Assembly: GCF_006345805.1 (NCBI RefSeq)
Contig: NC_042998.1
Coordinates: forward strand, 65,782,001-65,846,000
DNA length: 64,000 bases
Source: Octopus sinensis
Lineage: Eukaryota
Direction: 5' to 3'
Made by a program: the position numbers and the translations under genes. Below the pieces are notes generated by a model, which saw only the letters and a list, made by a program, of their open reading frames with translations, was not told the origin of the DNA and made no database searches. This document shows, one piece after another, positions 1 to 12,924 of this stretch; the first letter of the stretch is position 1; every line of letters starts with the position of its first letter.

Positions 1-354
1 TTAGTCCCAAATTCGATGAAATATTTATTTTGTACAACACATGAATAAATGGTAACTTTTCTGAACTCCTTTTGCAATATAGCAACATTGGATCAAGAGG
101 CAAAATTTCGCTCAAATCGCTATGTGTGTGTCTGTGCGCGTGTATGTATGTATTTATGTATATGTTGCACTGCTGAAACATACAAGAGTTTTTTTTTTTT
201 TCATTCTCTCTGTTTATTTTCTCATTCCTTTCTGTTGAAGAACGTAAGCTCGAAACGTAAAAGACTTTTTCATTTTCCCGAGCGTCAAACTAATATACTT
301 GCCTGTTGTTTATATAACTCTCTTCGTCTTTTGTTTTCCTATAAATTTCAACTA

Positions 355-363
355 TATATATAC

Positions 364-408
<45 letters not shown>

Positions 409-427
409 TATGTGTGTGTGTGTGTGT
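355..427. repeat. (TA)n/(TG)n microsatellite
   Basis: Direct reading; explains ORFs 49..429 and 299..631. Confidence 0.95.
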
Positions 428-904
428 AGCAAAATACGGATAGAGAGAATCACATCTTTAATTGTTGAATTCACCATACAATTAAAGATGAGTTTGTCTG
501 TATCTGTATTTTTTTTATACTATGAATTTCTTCATATTCTTCTAACTTACCTACCTGTCATACATGGAGAATTACTTTGGATCTTTATTGTCCTTGCATT
601 TTCTTGCACCTGGTCAGTAAGTCAAGAATGAGTTCCATTGCATTCATGATTTCTTTGTCAAATTCTTTGATATGTGAACCAGACGAAATTTGCATCGTGT
701 TTGTGTAAAAGTATTATGCCATTGATATATTATCTTGAATATATAGGATCTGGGGAAGCAACTCCCAACCTTCGGCATTTCATTTCCATCAGGGAAATAA
801 ACAATGTATTTGTGGCATTGATTCATCATATTGTGTTTAGGCATTCCATTTCAATTCCACAGAACTAGATCCGTTGAGATAGGGATTCAGAATCCAATTT
901 CATA

Positions 905-1600
905 TTGTCATTGTTTGGGCACTGTAGCTCATTCGAGTATAATTATTCTTTGTAGACTTCTTTTAGACTTATAGTACCGGAATAGACTTAGTGTTATATC
1001 CGAGTGCAGGTGGACTTAGTTGGAATTTGTTGGAGATATTCGCCCAGGAACTGTTTGAATGTTATGAGACTTTCGCTTCCACTATATGTTAAGGTGGAAT
1101 AGTTCTGCCACAACGTTCTGGTGTGAGGCGGGTATGGTTTCTGTAGAAGATGGATGACGCGGGGACGAAGCCTTCTGTAAATTCTAGCCTTAATTCTAAA
1201 ACCATTTTGAGAATGTTGTTTCAATATTTTCCACAACATACAAATGTTATAGAGGTCACGGTAGCATTGGAGGGAATAAATTCTGAGCTCTTTCTGCCAA
1301 TCCCAGTGGTCAAAGGATATCCTGTCTTTTGCTTTTTTATGTGTGTCATTGATTTCCTGGTTGCGTCAATTTATATAATATTTTTTATCGTATATATAGA
1401 TGGGAACCATATTGGACAACGGTTATTCAATATGGGAATGGGTGAATTTGGAGAAGAGAAGGATAACACAATGAGCCTCTCTAGACTGGAAAATCCCGAG
1501 GATACATGGTCACGCTCTGCGAACAATGTTATCTTGGCTGTTTATGTTGATACTGAAGCTTATGTTGTTGCAAATGCACAATATTCATATCTTCAAATTT
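905..1600 (-). mobile_element. Degenerate 3' fragment of a CR1/L2-group LINE, related to the element at 7.0-11.5 kb
   Basis: Minus strand reads CMLWKILKQHSQNGFRIKARIYRRLRPRVI, matching CMMWKIFHQHCPNDVGITFKVHPRLGPRAI reconstructed at about 11070-11160. The DNA aligns by eye with about 10770-11400, including the terminal AGTGCCCAAA. Confidence 0.8.
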
Positions 1601-3033
1601 TCCAGTTGAAATGCTTTTAAATAGATATTATATTTAATTTACGAAACAAAATATTCTCCTAAAGTTGCTCCCATTAGAATAGAAATGATTTTAAACTGAC
1701 TTAACCAAGCAATTACTTTCATGTTTACTGCAAATGTGATATACAAACTTTATTTACTTGTGAATTATATTAAAGAAAAAGTTAATATATCCTATATGAT
1801 ACAACATGTCATTTCACATTGCGTGATGAATGAAATAATACATATATTTCTTTGGGAAATGTTTTGTGAATTTTTCTAATCATGTTTCAGGTACTATCAA
1901 GATATTACAGAGTTACATATCGAAAAAGTATTGTTTTCCATTCTGCTTCAAAATCTTTCCAGTTAAGATGACGTGCTGTTAATTTAATATTGTAATTTTC
2001 TCATTGTAATAAAAGAAAATTTCAAATATTGAACGATGCATTATTCCTTTTTCCTTGTATCGTGATGGATATAACTGCACCTGTGAAGACTGTGTGACAT
2101 TATAATTATATTTGCGAATTTGTCGCTGATTGCTAAAAACATAGATGCATATATATCTCTTTCTGTAAATGAGCTTCAGTAAAGAAGGAAGAAATAATCA
2201 AATATAGTTTTGAATTTGTAAATAGGTCAGAGTCACGCATTTTAAAACTTTATATTCTTTCATTAACGCTGTGAATAAGTATACATATTTGCATGTTAAT
2301 GTTTTTACATATATACGTACAGCGAATAGATTTTTATATGAGAATGTATAAAAGTATATTTATTTTCATATAGAAACTATCACACACTTATACACACAAA
2401 CACGCTTTCAAACACTCTCACAGACGAGCTAAAACACAAATCGACACAGATACTTACACTTAGACAGAGACGTTCTTATATTCCCTAACACTTGTTGGAA
2501 TACGTCTCAGCACGAGATATTACAGCTCTTTCATTGTTGCACATTTGATAAAAGAATCTGTTTCAATCCAGTTGTTATTTCAGAAGAACCTTTACGTGTC
2601 TTTATTCGAAGCATTAAAAAACTACCCAGTTGGAAAAATGAATATATTGTTTACATAACAATTTAGCCTAAAGAAGGATTTAAACAAATATAAACACTTT
2701 TTTTTTTAGTTAAAAGTCAACAAAAATATTTAAATTCTTATGTTTATGTTTGTGTGCGTCGGTGGGTGTGAGATTTAATGTACTCTACAAAATTGAAATA
2801 TTGGGAAATATACGTATTGCAAGCATATACGGATGGAGAATGGTAAATCCATTTTTAACACATACATTACTGCCATACACTTTCCGTTAGAATATGGGAG
2901 GCGGTATGTGTTCCTTATTACATGATTCCACAGTAAGTATTCTACGAATCATTGAAGACGAAAAACCGAATCAGCAAAACATACATAAATGGACACACAT
3001 ATATGTACCTATGCACTCTGACATACACACAAG

Positions 3034-3125
<92 letters not shown>
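3034..3125. repeat. (TCTA)n microsatellite
   Basis: Direct reading. Confidence 0.97.
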
Positions 3126-3382
3126 AATTTATCTATATATATATATATATATACTATAGATAGTTTGTATATATTTATATATATATATATACGATACAAA
3201 AGACGATACAAAAAAACCAGGACGGGACATTGGAAGCCTTCAATCTTCAGTCAAGAACCGGATCATCTTCGCACTTTCAGCTGATTAATCTTGAGATTGC
3301 TCCAATCTGACCAGCCCCAAGGAAATACTAAGCTAAGTCCATTAGATTCCTTGAAAAGAAGCTTCGAATGTATACAAAACAA

Positions 3383-3385
<3 letters not shown>

Positions 3386-3436
<51 letters not shown>

Positions 3437-4232
3437 CCCTCTGTGAATAAATGTATATGTGTAAATAAGTATGTATGCATGTATGCGTATATAATATATA
3501 TGTATGTGTGAATGTCGGTGTATATATATACATATACACCCACATTCGGACATATATATTATATACGCATACTTATTTACACATATACATATATACACAG
3601 ATGCACATACTCATACATGCATCCGCACACATGCACGTCCACACACCTATGCACGCACATATACGCACATATGTATATATCACAGCTTACATATATACAC
3701 ACATGTTCCCTCTTGCACATACATATACACATGCATATATACGGACAAATTCACTTCTAAACATATATATTTGGCCATACTTGCATGCAAATACAGCCAA
3801 AGGCATATAAGATATGTGGATAAATATGCTTACATATATGTACGCATATACACTTATGTACATGTACGTCTTAGCATATATAAATACACACACAAACTCG
3901 TAACTGCGGATACACACATACTTATATACTCACACAAACACATTCTTTTGTGCATATATGGAGAGATATGTGTATACATTCACATGCAGTCAAGTTTGTA
4001 TACAGCTGTTCATATATACATACACATATATATGTATACATATATACACGCACACACACATACTCACATGTATGCATACCTGCACACTCGCGTGTATGCG
4101 CTGATACCCACACATAGTTACATGTACGTATATACACATACATACATACGTTCATACGCGTATATTATATATTGTATACATATATGTATATATACATGCA
4201 TATATATATATATATATACACACATATATATA
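3386..4232. repeat. (TA)n followed by degenerate TA/CA low-complexity tract
   Basis: Direct reading; the overlapping Y/I/H/T-rich ORFs are artefacts. Confidence 0.9.
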
Positions 4233-4378
4233 TTCCACCGAGGTCGGCTTTGCCTTTCATCCTTTTGGGGTCGATAAATTAAGTACCAGTTACTAACGAG
4301 AGTCGATGTCATCGACCCAATCCGTTTGTCTGTCCTTGTTTGTCCCCTCTCTGTTTACCATCTTGTGGGTAGTAAATA
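4233..4378 (+). mobile_element. SINE family B, 5'-truncated
   Basis: Body motif GAGGTCGGCTTTGCCTTTCATCCTTTTGGGGTCGATAAATTAAGTACCAG recurs more than 15 times in the window. Confidence 0.85.
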
Positions 4379-4394
4379 TATATATATATATATT

Positions 4395-4729
4395 CCGTAT
4401 CTGATGGCCTATAGGACGCACGAAAGCATAGGACGCTCCCTAGCCTAGTCGATAATTTTTTGGAATAAATTACCATTAAAGTAATGTTATAATTCCTCTT
4501 CTTACCTATACGACTTCGTTATTACCTGTAATTATGAGCAATTTATTACATTCATAGTCGATATAAACATACTGTAGGCGATTGTACACTACTAGACGGC
4601 AGCGCACGTTTTGTAAACATATATACTGTTTTGAGCGAATTTTTATCCTGCATTGAGTGCTTTGGACGCATAAGGTTTTTGAAAGCCATTTTAATTTAAG
4701 AGATGCATCTTATAGCCCATCAAATACGA
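4395..4729. mobile_element. Non-autonomous DNA transposon (MITE), Tc2/pogo-like ends
   Basis: Imperfect 26-bp TIRs: CCGTATCTGATGGCCTATAGGACGCA vs reverse complement of the right end TCGTATTTGATGGGCTATAAGATGCA (21/26). TA follows the right end. No coding capacity. Confidence 0.75.
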
Positions 4730-4862
4730 TACGTATATGTGTGCGTACGTGTGTGTGTGCATAAATCAAAATAACCAGCTTGAAACGGTGGTACTGCATT
4801 AATACATGATATCCTATGGCTTATTTTGATTTTCTTCATCTTACTTCCAGCTGTGAGGATAA

Positions 4863-5650
4863 TACCGGACTAATTTGGTGCTTCAACTTGACTGCCTAAT
4901 CTTGATTATATATGACGATTATGTAAAAGGTAATGTCTATGGGAATGTCGCTGAAAAATTAGCATCACAATTCTTTAACAGATCTGTAAAACAGTTCGAA
5001 AACAAGGAAATCACAAGATCATTTCATACTTTACACACGCACATGGCAACACAAGAAGCTATACTTGTCAACGTATGTAGTGCACTAACTGACCCAACTC
5101 CAACAGGTCAGGGGTCACTTCAATGACCTGCTAGCCAGCAACAAAAAACATCCTCATTGATATCGCTATCTGACCTAATTCCAGCCAACACTACCGTGGC
5201 AAGCCAGGACTCACAACCACAACTGCCTGCTAGTGCTACTACAATGGAGGTACCTTGTTTGGCACCACTATCTGATCTGATTCCACCCAGCCCTAATGTT
5301 GCAAGTCAAGTTTCACTCCGGCAACAGCAACAACAACAACAGTCTGCTAATGCTACGACCACTGACCAATGAGCCTGACAGTATAGAAAAACCTCTACTA
5401 TGCAAACGTCAAAAACAGCAACAAAGGAGACCTATGACAACAACAAAAACAAAATACAACCACATTTCACCTCCTACAACCGAATAAAGAAGACAATGGA
5501 ATAACAATGGAAAAACCATAAAAACCAAATAACCAAGTGACAAACCAAAGAGACAACTCTTTTTACTAGAAAATATGAAGGCCGACCTAAACCAGGAGAT
5601 CCAACGTGCTGTCAGCAACCACTTATGCAAATCACAAGGAAGAGTACTGA
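4863..5650 (+). pseudogene. Disrupted ORF with a degenerate Myb/SANT-like motif and polyQ, probably LINE-associated
   Basis: NVAEKLASQFFNRSVKQFENK resembles EIAEKTSQVVNTRSVKQIRSK at about 7384-7449. Repeated LSDLIP units and a CAA tract follow. Interrupted by a SINE at 5651. Confidence 0.45.
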
Positions 5651-5759
5651 TTCAATCGGTCTCTTTTGCCGAACCGCTAATTTACGGGGACGTAAACACC
5701 CCAGCATCGGTTGGCAAGCAATGTTGGGGTGACAAACGCAGACACACAAACACACACAC

Positions 5760-5765
<6 letters not shown>
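5651..5765 (-). mobile_element. SINE family A fragment
   Basis: ATCGGTCTCTTTTGCCGAACCGCTAA...CACCAGCATCGGTTG family motif. Confidence 0.85.
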
Positions 5766-5794
<29 letters not shown>

Positions 5795-6262
5795 GTGTGT
5801 GTATATACATAGATATATATATATGTATAGATATATAGATATAATATATATTGTATATAATATATATGTGTGTGTATATATTTATATATAGACATATATA
5901 TATAAAAGTATATATATATATATAATATTATATATATATTATACATATATATGTATAACTATATTTTGTATATATGTATATATATATGTATAAATATATA
6001 TGTATAAATATATATGTATAAATATATATGTATAAATATATATGTATATATATATGTATATATATGTATATATATATGTATATATGTATGTATATATGTA
6101 TGTATATATATATGTATATATATATGTGTATATATGTATGTATATATATATGTATACATAATGTATATATATATATATATGTATGTATATATATATATGT
6201 ATATAGTGTTTATTATGGATATATATAATAGATATGTATATATATATAGATATATATATATG

Positions 6263-6298
<36 letters not shown>

Positions 6299-6308
6299 TA
6301 TATAGACA

Positions 6309-6361
<53 letters not shown>

Positions 6362-6371
6362 TATATATATA
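5766..6371. repeat. Long degenerate (TA)n tract
   Basis: Direct reading. Confidence 0.95.
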
Positions 6372-6620
6372 TACTTTTTACTCTTTTGACTGCGGCCATG
6401 CTGGAGCACCGCCTTTAGTCGAGCAAATCAACCCCTGGACTTATTCTTTGTAAGCCCAGTACTTATTCTATCGGTCTCTTTTGCCGAACCGCTATGTGAC
6501 GGGGACGTAAACACGCCAGCATCGGTTGTCAAGCAATGCTAGAGGGACAAACACAGACACACAAACATATACACACACATACACACACATACATACATAT
6601 ATACGATAGACTTCTTTCAG
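6372..6620 (-). mobile_element. SINE family A, 3' half
   Basis: TTTTACTCTTTTGACTGCGGCCATGCTGGAGCACCGCCTTTAGTCGAGCAAATC... matches the copies at 18360 and 63061. Confidence 0.9.
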
Positions 6621-6850
6621 TTATATGTATATAGATATATATATATATATGTGTGTATATATATATATCGATATATATATATATGTGTATATATATACAT
6701 ATAGATATATATATATATATATATATATATGCGAGTATATATATGCATATAGATATAGATATATATATGTGTATATATGTGTGTATATATATGCATATAG
6801 ATATATATATATATATGTGTGTATATATGTGTGCATATATATACAATTAG

Positions 6851-6886
<36 letters not shown>

Positions 6887-7270
6887 ATATATATATACAT
6901 ATAGATATATATATATGTATATATACACATATAGATATATATGTATGTATATATATATACATATAGATATATATGTATATATATGCTTCTCTCCCAAGTC
7001 AGTAGCAAGCTACACAGCTTCAAAACTAACTGACCTTAAATATATATATATTTGTAACCACGGTTGCCTACAAACCCGTAAGTACGTTTTCATTTAACTA
7101 CAAATTGTTATATACACCTGTTTTTCTTTTAATATCTCAAACAACCAAATAATCAAAAACTCACACCCTTAAGAGAGAACATTTATATATATATACACTT
7201 CTTTAACCCCAAGAAAGAATATATATATTTTCAAAAATCAAAAGGAAAACAAACAAAAGAAAAACAAAAC

Positions 7271-8140
7271 ATGACTAACTTGCAGGCTGCAACAGACGAA
7301 ATTGGTCTGATAACGAAATTGATGTTTTAATAAACACATGGCTCTCTCTTTCCCAAACAGAAAATCTAAATGTCTTGTGTTTGAATGAGATTGCCGAAAA
7401 AACATCACAAGTGGTCAACACACGATCCGTCAAACAGATTCGTAGCAAGTTGAAACATATCGAAGTATCTTTCAAACTGATAAGAGGCCATTATGAAAAG
7501 CTTCTACATATTTTCACAGTTCAAGAACAACAACAGCTAGAAAATCAGCAGCCACAACAACAACAACAACAGCAACAAGAACAACAGCAACTCTCAACTC
7601 TAGCTTACTAGACGATTCACTAAATGCCAGTATCTTTCACGCTCTCACAGCAACCACACACACAATTATCATCATCATCATCACACCGCTGCCACCATCG
7701 TCTTCTATCACCAAAAATACCAACAGAAAACCAAATAAGAAACCACTGCCCTCTTCCCCACATCACCACCTCAATACTACTGCAGTAACAAAAACTTAAA
7801 GAAACATAGGAAGCAGAATTCGCCCCCCACGGCTCAAACAAGAAATCCCAAATATGCGCTATTCACTGCGCCAGAGACTCTGCACAAATAGTGACTGCAT
7901 CTTCACGCATCTACCGGCACTAGACGCACTACCGGCCAAGGCCAAAGCACGCATCCCACAATAACATCAACACCACCAAATAGTAAATCGAAATTCAAAA
8001 CACACACAACTCGGAGTCCCAAAATCTGCCGGTATTCCCAACGTGAGAGAACATGTCTACTGAGTGACTGTCCCTTCACTCATCTTCCAGGGACCCGACG
8101 CACAAACAGAAACGGGGCCTCAAGCCAAACACAAACCTGA
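7271..8140 (+). pseudogene. LINE ORF1: Myb/SANT-like domain, polyQ and two CCCH zinc fingers (frameshifted)
   Basis: Frame 7279-7611 is open: RRNWSDNEIDVLINTW...EIAEKTSQVVNTRSVKQIRSKLKHIEVSFK. C-x8-C-x4-C-x3-H at 8027-8083 (CRYSQRERTCLLSDCPFTH) and at 7855-7910 (one base short); both continue as HLPGTRR, the first after one further 1-nt repair. Confidence 0.7.
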
Positions 8141-8449
8141 ATAACAATAAAAATAGAAACACACCATGCTGCAGTAATGCTGGTCCAGTCTTTTCAGGAA
8201 GACACAAAAACAACAACAACAAAAGTGGAAACTACAACCCTATCCAACAGTGCAACTACACCTCCAGCCAAAAACTGCTCCCTAAGCAGGAAAATTCTTT
8301 TTTAGCCATGTTGAACATGCAAAAGAGATACACAAAAACATTCTAGCCATCACTCAACACCATCCTATGCTATTACCCCAGAGCACCAATTCCCCACATT
8401 GCTGCCACTAACACACACAAAAAATCCAAGCCCCCTTCAACAGTCAAAA

Positions 8450-11403
8450 CCAGCCACTACACTAACCTCCACATTCCTACTCAATGCACAAAGGTGTCAG
8501 CCCTTCCATCAATGCACAAAAATGGAAGGTCCAATTCATTGAAGACTGGGTTGGTAACCATTCACACCACATCCCTTTCTTCATTCTCACTGAGACCCAC
8601 CTTGACAACTCCCACTTGGAAGCCGAAGTCAGAGTGAAGAATTTCACAAACCATCCGCGCGGATCGTATCGGCAGGAGGAAGGGTGGAACTGCCATTTTC
8701 CTGCATGATTCATTTACGGCAGATGGAAGTAGTATATCTCCAACGGCTACTGTGAATCAGTCACCGTGCACAACAAAGCCAATGACCTGACAGTAATGGG
8801 CTCTATAGGCCGCCCCAAACACCCATACTGTGCTTTAAAGAATGCCTCAACAGCATTAAGTGCTTATTCAACAGTGCCATTCTAGCAACATACTCATGAT
8901 GAGACTTCAATCTACCCTGTGTTGACTGGACTACAAAACTGTTTGAAACCAAGCACTCCCGCCTCAACCGCTGACAAAGAAGCAGCAGAGTCACTTTTCG
9001 ACTTTACGAATGAGTTTTTCGTGTCCCAACTTGTCCTTGCACCAACAAGACATCAGAACATTTTGGACTAGTGTTTAGTAACCACACTAACACTATACAT
9101 AACGTTACAGTGGAAAAAACCCTTCTTTCAGACCATGACATGGTTCTCTGTAACATGAAATTCCACCAGCCGAAAGCGAAATCCTAGTGACTTCCTCCAG
9201 CCCACCCATTTGACAACATGGATCTCCATAAAGCCAACTGGGATGCAATCAGGAACGAGCTATCAAATGTTGACTGGTCCTTTACACATACACACATCTC
9301 CACCAACCATAAAAACATCTTGGCAGATCTTTGTAGAAACCGTCACAGACATATGTGCAAAACACTCCCCCACAAGACCTGTGAACAAAAAGTGCAGAAT
9401 CCCCCAAAACAGAAAAACCATTATCAGAAAAATAAAAAGAACAAACAAAAAATTAACAAACTAAAGTACTGCCAACAGCAACAACACACATTCGACGGCT
9501 ATCGCACTGCTTGAATCCAAAAAATATAACCTCCAACAATGCATGAAGACCCTCATCAATAACCAAAGATCAGCTGAGGAGAAGTGGGCCATTGAAAAAA
9601 TCAAACTCAACCCAAAGTGTTCTTTTCATTTGCGAGGAAACGCAGGGTCACTGTCTCCACTGTAGGCCCTCTAATTGACGAAACTGGCACTCTCCAAGAT
9701 AATGCCAAATCCATGGCCGAGATACTGCAGAAACAATACTGCTCTGTTTTCAGCAATCCTGATATGGCCGATCTGGGCTGTATCAGTGATGTCAACCCCC
9801 AACACACTATATCGGACATACGTTTAGTGCCCCTGATGTCTTAGCGGCGATAAACGAAATAAAACACAATTCAGCAGTAGGCCCCGATAGGTTCCCTGCT
9901 TGTGTCCTGAAGGTGTGTCGACACCAACTTGCATCTCCCCTTGCTAATCTGTGGAGAAACTCACTGGATGCTGGCTATATTCCAAAAAACCTTCTGTCCC
10001 AGTCTGTTGTCCCAGTTTTCAAAAAAGGGAAACAAGTCCCTTGCAGTGAATTACCGTCCGATCTCACTCACCTCTCATATCATCAAGGTATTTGAGAGGG
10101 TGGTGAGATCTCGAATAACCCAATTTCTGGAAAGCAACAGACGGCTGATCTCCAACCAACATGGGTTCCGTAATGGAAGGGACTGCCTAACGCAGCTCCT
10201 GCATCACTTTGAGGACATTTTGAGAGCTTTGGGAGAGGCTCCAACACCGATGTCATCTACCTTGATTTCAGTAAGGCCTTCGACAGGGTCGATACAAGAT
10301 CCTATTGAAAAAACTATCCAACATTGGTGTCTCTGGAAAGTTACTGAAATGGATTAAGTGTTTCCTGACAGCAGATCTCAACATGTTGTAGTTGAAGGGG
10401 GTAAAATCAAGCCAGCCAAAGTCAGTAGTGGCGTTCCGCAAGGCACTGTGCTGGGCCCACTTCTTTCATCATTACATTAATGACATTAATGACATCATCA
10501 AGCACAGCAACATAAAAATCTTTGCAGATGACTCCAAGCTACAGAAGGTCATAAATGAGGCGAGTGACCGGACATGCCTTCAGTCAGATCTACTGGCTGT
10601 TATCCAATGGGCAGAAAAAAACAATATGCTGCTGAACGAGGATAAATTTGAGCTAATCCACTTTGGAAAAGAGGATGCCCTGAAACTCCCATACTCCCTT
10701 CTTCAGGTGAAACTCTCGCGGCGTCCAACAACATCAGAGACTTGGGAGTAATTGTGGACAACAACGTAAGCTGGGCCACTCAATAAACACCAAAGTTGAC
10801 ATGGCCCGCAGAATGTGTTCCTGGATTCTCGAACTTTCCAGTCGTGAGATATCCACACCATTATCCTTCTCTTCTCCACTTTGCCCGACCCCACCTTGAA
10901 TACTGTTGTCCACTGTGGTCTCCCCACACAATACAAGGTATCATAAAAGTTGAAGCACCTCAAAGGGCAATCACAAAAAAGATAGATGGCATGACAGGCC
11001 TCGACTATGGGGTCGACTAGAAAAGCTAAAACTCTATTCTCTCCAACGTCGTCGTGAGCGCTACATCATCTGCATGATGTGGAAATATTCCATCAGCATT
11101 GCCCAAATGATGTTGGCATCACCTTTAAGGTACATCCAGGCTTGGGCCCCGTGCCATCCGCCCCAAAAACAAAAAATCGCACTCTCATCTCATAACAACA
11201 ATACGGCACAATTATTTCACCTCAATTGGCCCCGCTCTCTTTAACATTACACCAAAAACATTAAAACAGAAAACTGACCCTATAGGTTCAAGAAGTCTTT
11301 GGACAGATTCCTTCAAGAAATCCCGGATAAAACCCCTACACCCGGATATGTCTCTGTAAACAATAACTCTCTACTTGAGTGGGCCATAGTGCCCAAATTC
11401 TGA
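8450..11403 (+). pseudogene. LINE ORF2: APE endonuclease and reverse transcriptase (frameshifted)
   Basis: Motifs read across frames. APE: TETHL, RADRIGRRKGGTAIFLHD, PTRHQNILD, SDHDMV. RT: NYRPISLTSHIIKVFERVV, QHGFRNGRDCLTQLL, DVIYLDFSKAFDRVD, SGVPQGTVLGPLL, IFADDSKL. CR1-type C-terminus: RPHLEYCCPLWSPH, LYSLQRRRERY. Confidence 0.93.
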
Positions 11404-11611
11404 CTTGAAAGACTTCACCAGGTGGTGGTGCTATTAAGTTAGACATGGCCTGGTCAATAATGGCCGAAAACCTATCAAAGTATATATATATTGTGTATAT
11501 ATATATATGGTATATATATATATCTATATATACATATAGATATATAGATATATGTGTATATATATATACTATATAATATATATATAATATATATATATAT
11601 GTGGTGTGTGA

Positions 11612-11642
<31 letters not shown>

Positions 11643-11659
11643 TGTGTGTGTGTGTGTAT

Positions 11660-12310
11660 GAGTAAGTATTACATTTATGTATACGCGTTTTTCGCTGAAG
11701 AGGGGAAAATTATTATGAATTAATCCCGAAATTCGGACCAATACGGTAATGACGGATTTTTTAGAAATTTGTATCGGCTTGTTTCGAGACGCATATTTGG
11801 CATTAGAATTCTTCTTTTGCCCTTATTTTATAAGTTATATATATATATATACGTTTAAATATTTGTTGTGCAAGATTTTCTATGTGAAGTCGTGTGTTGA
11901 AACATATATTGTTGTATTTAGGAATGGTCATTTTGCCAGTTTAGCCAATAAAAACACACGCACTATATACTTGGTGTTACTTTGCTTCAGTGTTATTTTT
12001 TTTCACATTAATCTAAATCTTATTTCTGCCAGTGTTCTTTCGTCACACTCCTGTGACCGCATCAGTGGTCCTTTTTTTTCTTCTTACTTATTTGTGTCTC
12101 TCCTTACTAACCGTCAGCCATTTTGTATTTCTATTGTATGTCTTCATTTGCGCATGCTTATATCTCTATGTGCGTTTATGTTAATTAGTGTGTGTTGTGG
12201 GGGATGCCTGTAATATTTGTATCTTCTGTTTATATATGTTCATGTAATTGTATTTGTTTTTTGTTTTGTTTTTGTTTATTCTTAGTTTGTTCATGTGTTT
12301 ACATCCACCC
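11660..12310 (-). mobile_element. Probable Penelope-like element terminal/UTR region
   Basis: Lies downstream of the GIY-YIG remnant at 12503-12820. 11850-12310 recurs at 48735-49140 (TTTAGGAATGGTCAT...AGTTTAGCCAATAAAA). Confidence 0.55.
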
Positions 12311-12502
12311 ATTATTATCATTACACATGCTTGTATGTATGTATGTATGTATAACAACAATACTAGTAATAATAATAATAAATTGAATCCAAATAAATAT
12401 TATATATATACATATACATACACATACATATATATAGTTATTTATTTCTATTAGTTTATTTATTTATCTGTGTATTTATTATGTTTTCAGGATCCTCTAT
12501 CG

Positions 12503-12820
12503 TCATATGTTGTGGCGTGTGTTAGTACTCCATTCTAGTTTTCTATTCAGGCTAGGTTTATTTTCTATTATGTGTGTAGCTTCTGTAATTTGTCTAATTG
12601 TTTCATCTGATTTATGTGTGGATAATATTTTAATTTCTATGTTATTGATTGATCCCACGTATTCTTGTTCGGCGTGTTGGTACAGAATCGATGAGCTTTT
12701 ACCTTCCTTGAGTTGTCTCCAATGCTCATTTACCCGCTCTCCTATGCTTCTTGCCGTTTCCCCTACGTATGTCGTTGTCTTGTTACTGCCTCGTCCCTCT
12801 ATACATCTTACCTTACAATG
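12503..12820 (-). pseudogene. Penelope-like element GIY-YIG endonuclease, C-terminal part
   Basis: 106-codon frame with no early start codon, so absent from the ORF track: ...TYVGETARSIGERVNEHWRQLKEGKSSSILYQH...RQITEATHIIENKPSLNRKLEW. Confidence 0.85.
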
Positions 12821-12924
12821 GGGCTTAAAAATTTTTCAAATTCAAGACGGCTTCAAAAGCACGTCTTCACCGCTTCAGTGCCAAACACAACACTGACTCA
12901 CACAAGCGCAGAAGCAACCTGTAA

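Larger units (their letters stand above)
6985..11485 (+). mobile_element. Near full-length CR1/L2-group (Jockey superfamily) LINE with many 1-nt indels
   Basis: ORF1-like region followed by APE and RT motifs (see sub-features), a short 3' UTR and a TA microsatellite. No RNase H seen. Confidence 0.92.

Noticed and set aside
630-880. Possible further CR1 fragment on minus, similar to about 9610-9740
   Set aside because: Only a short patch aligns by eye and its order is inconsistent with the adjacent fragment.
1150-1620. 156-aa plus-strand ORF
   Set aside because: Antisense shadow of the minus-strand LINE fragment.
3205-3385. Segment resembling a dispersed repeat, with CTGAAGA on the minus strand
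   Set aside because: Single copy in this window and no GAAA or helix match; the family cannot be assigned without a search.
3263-6997. Many ORF-track ORFs rich in Y/I/C/V/H/T, here and at 11.5, 15-16.7, 21.3, 29, 38-40.7, 45, 49-51 and 63 kb
   Set aside because: They are translations of TA/TG/CA microsatellites, which lack stops in some frames.
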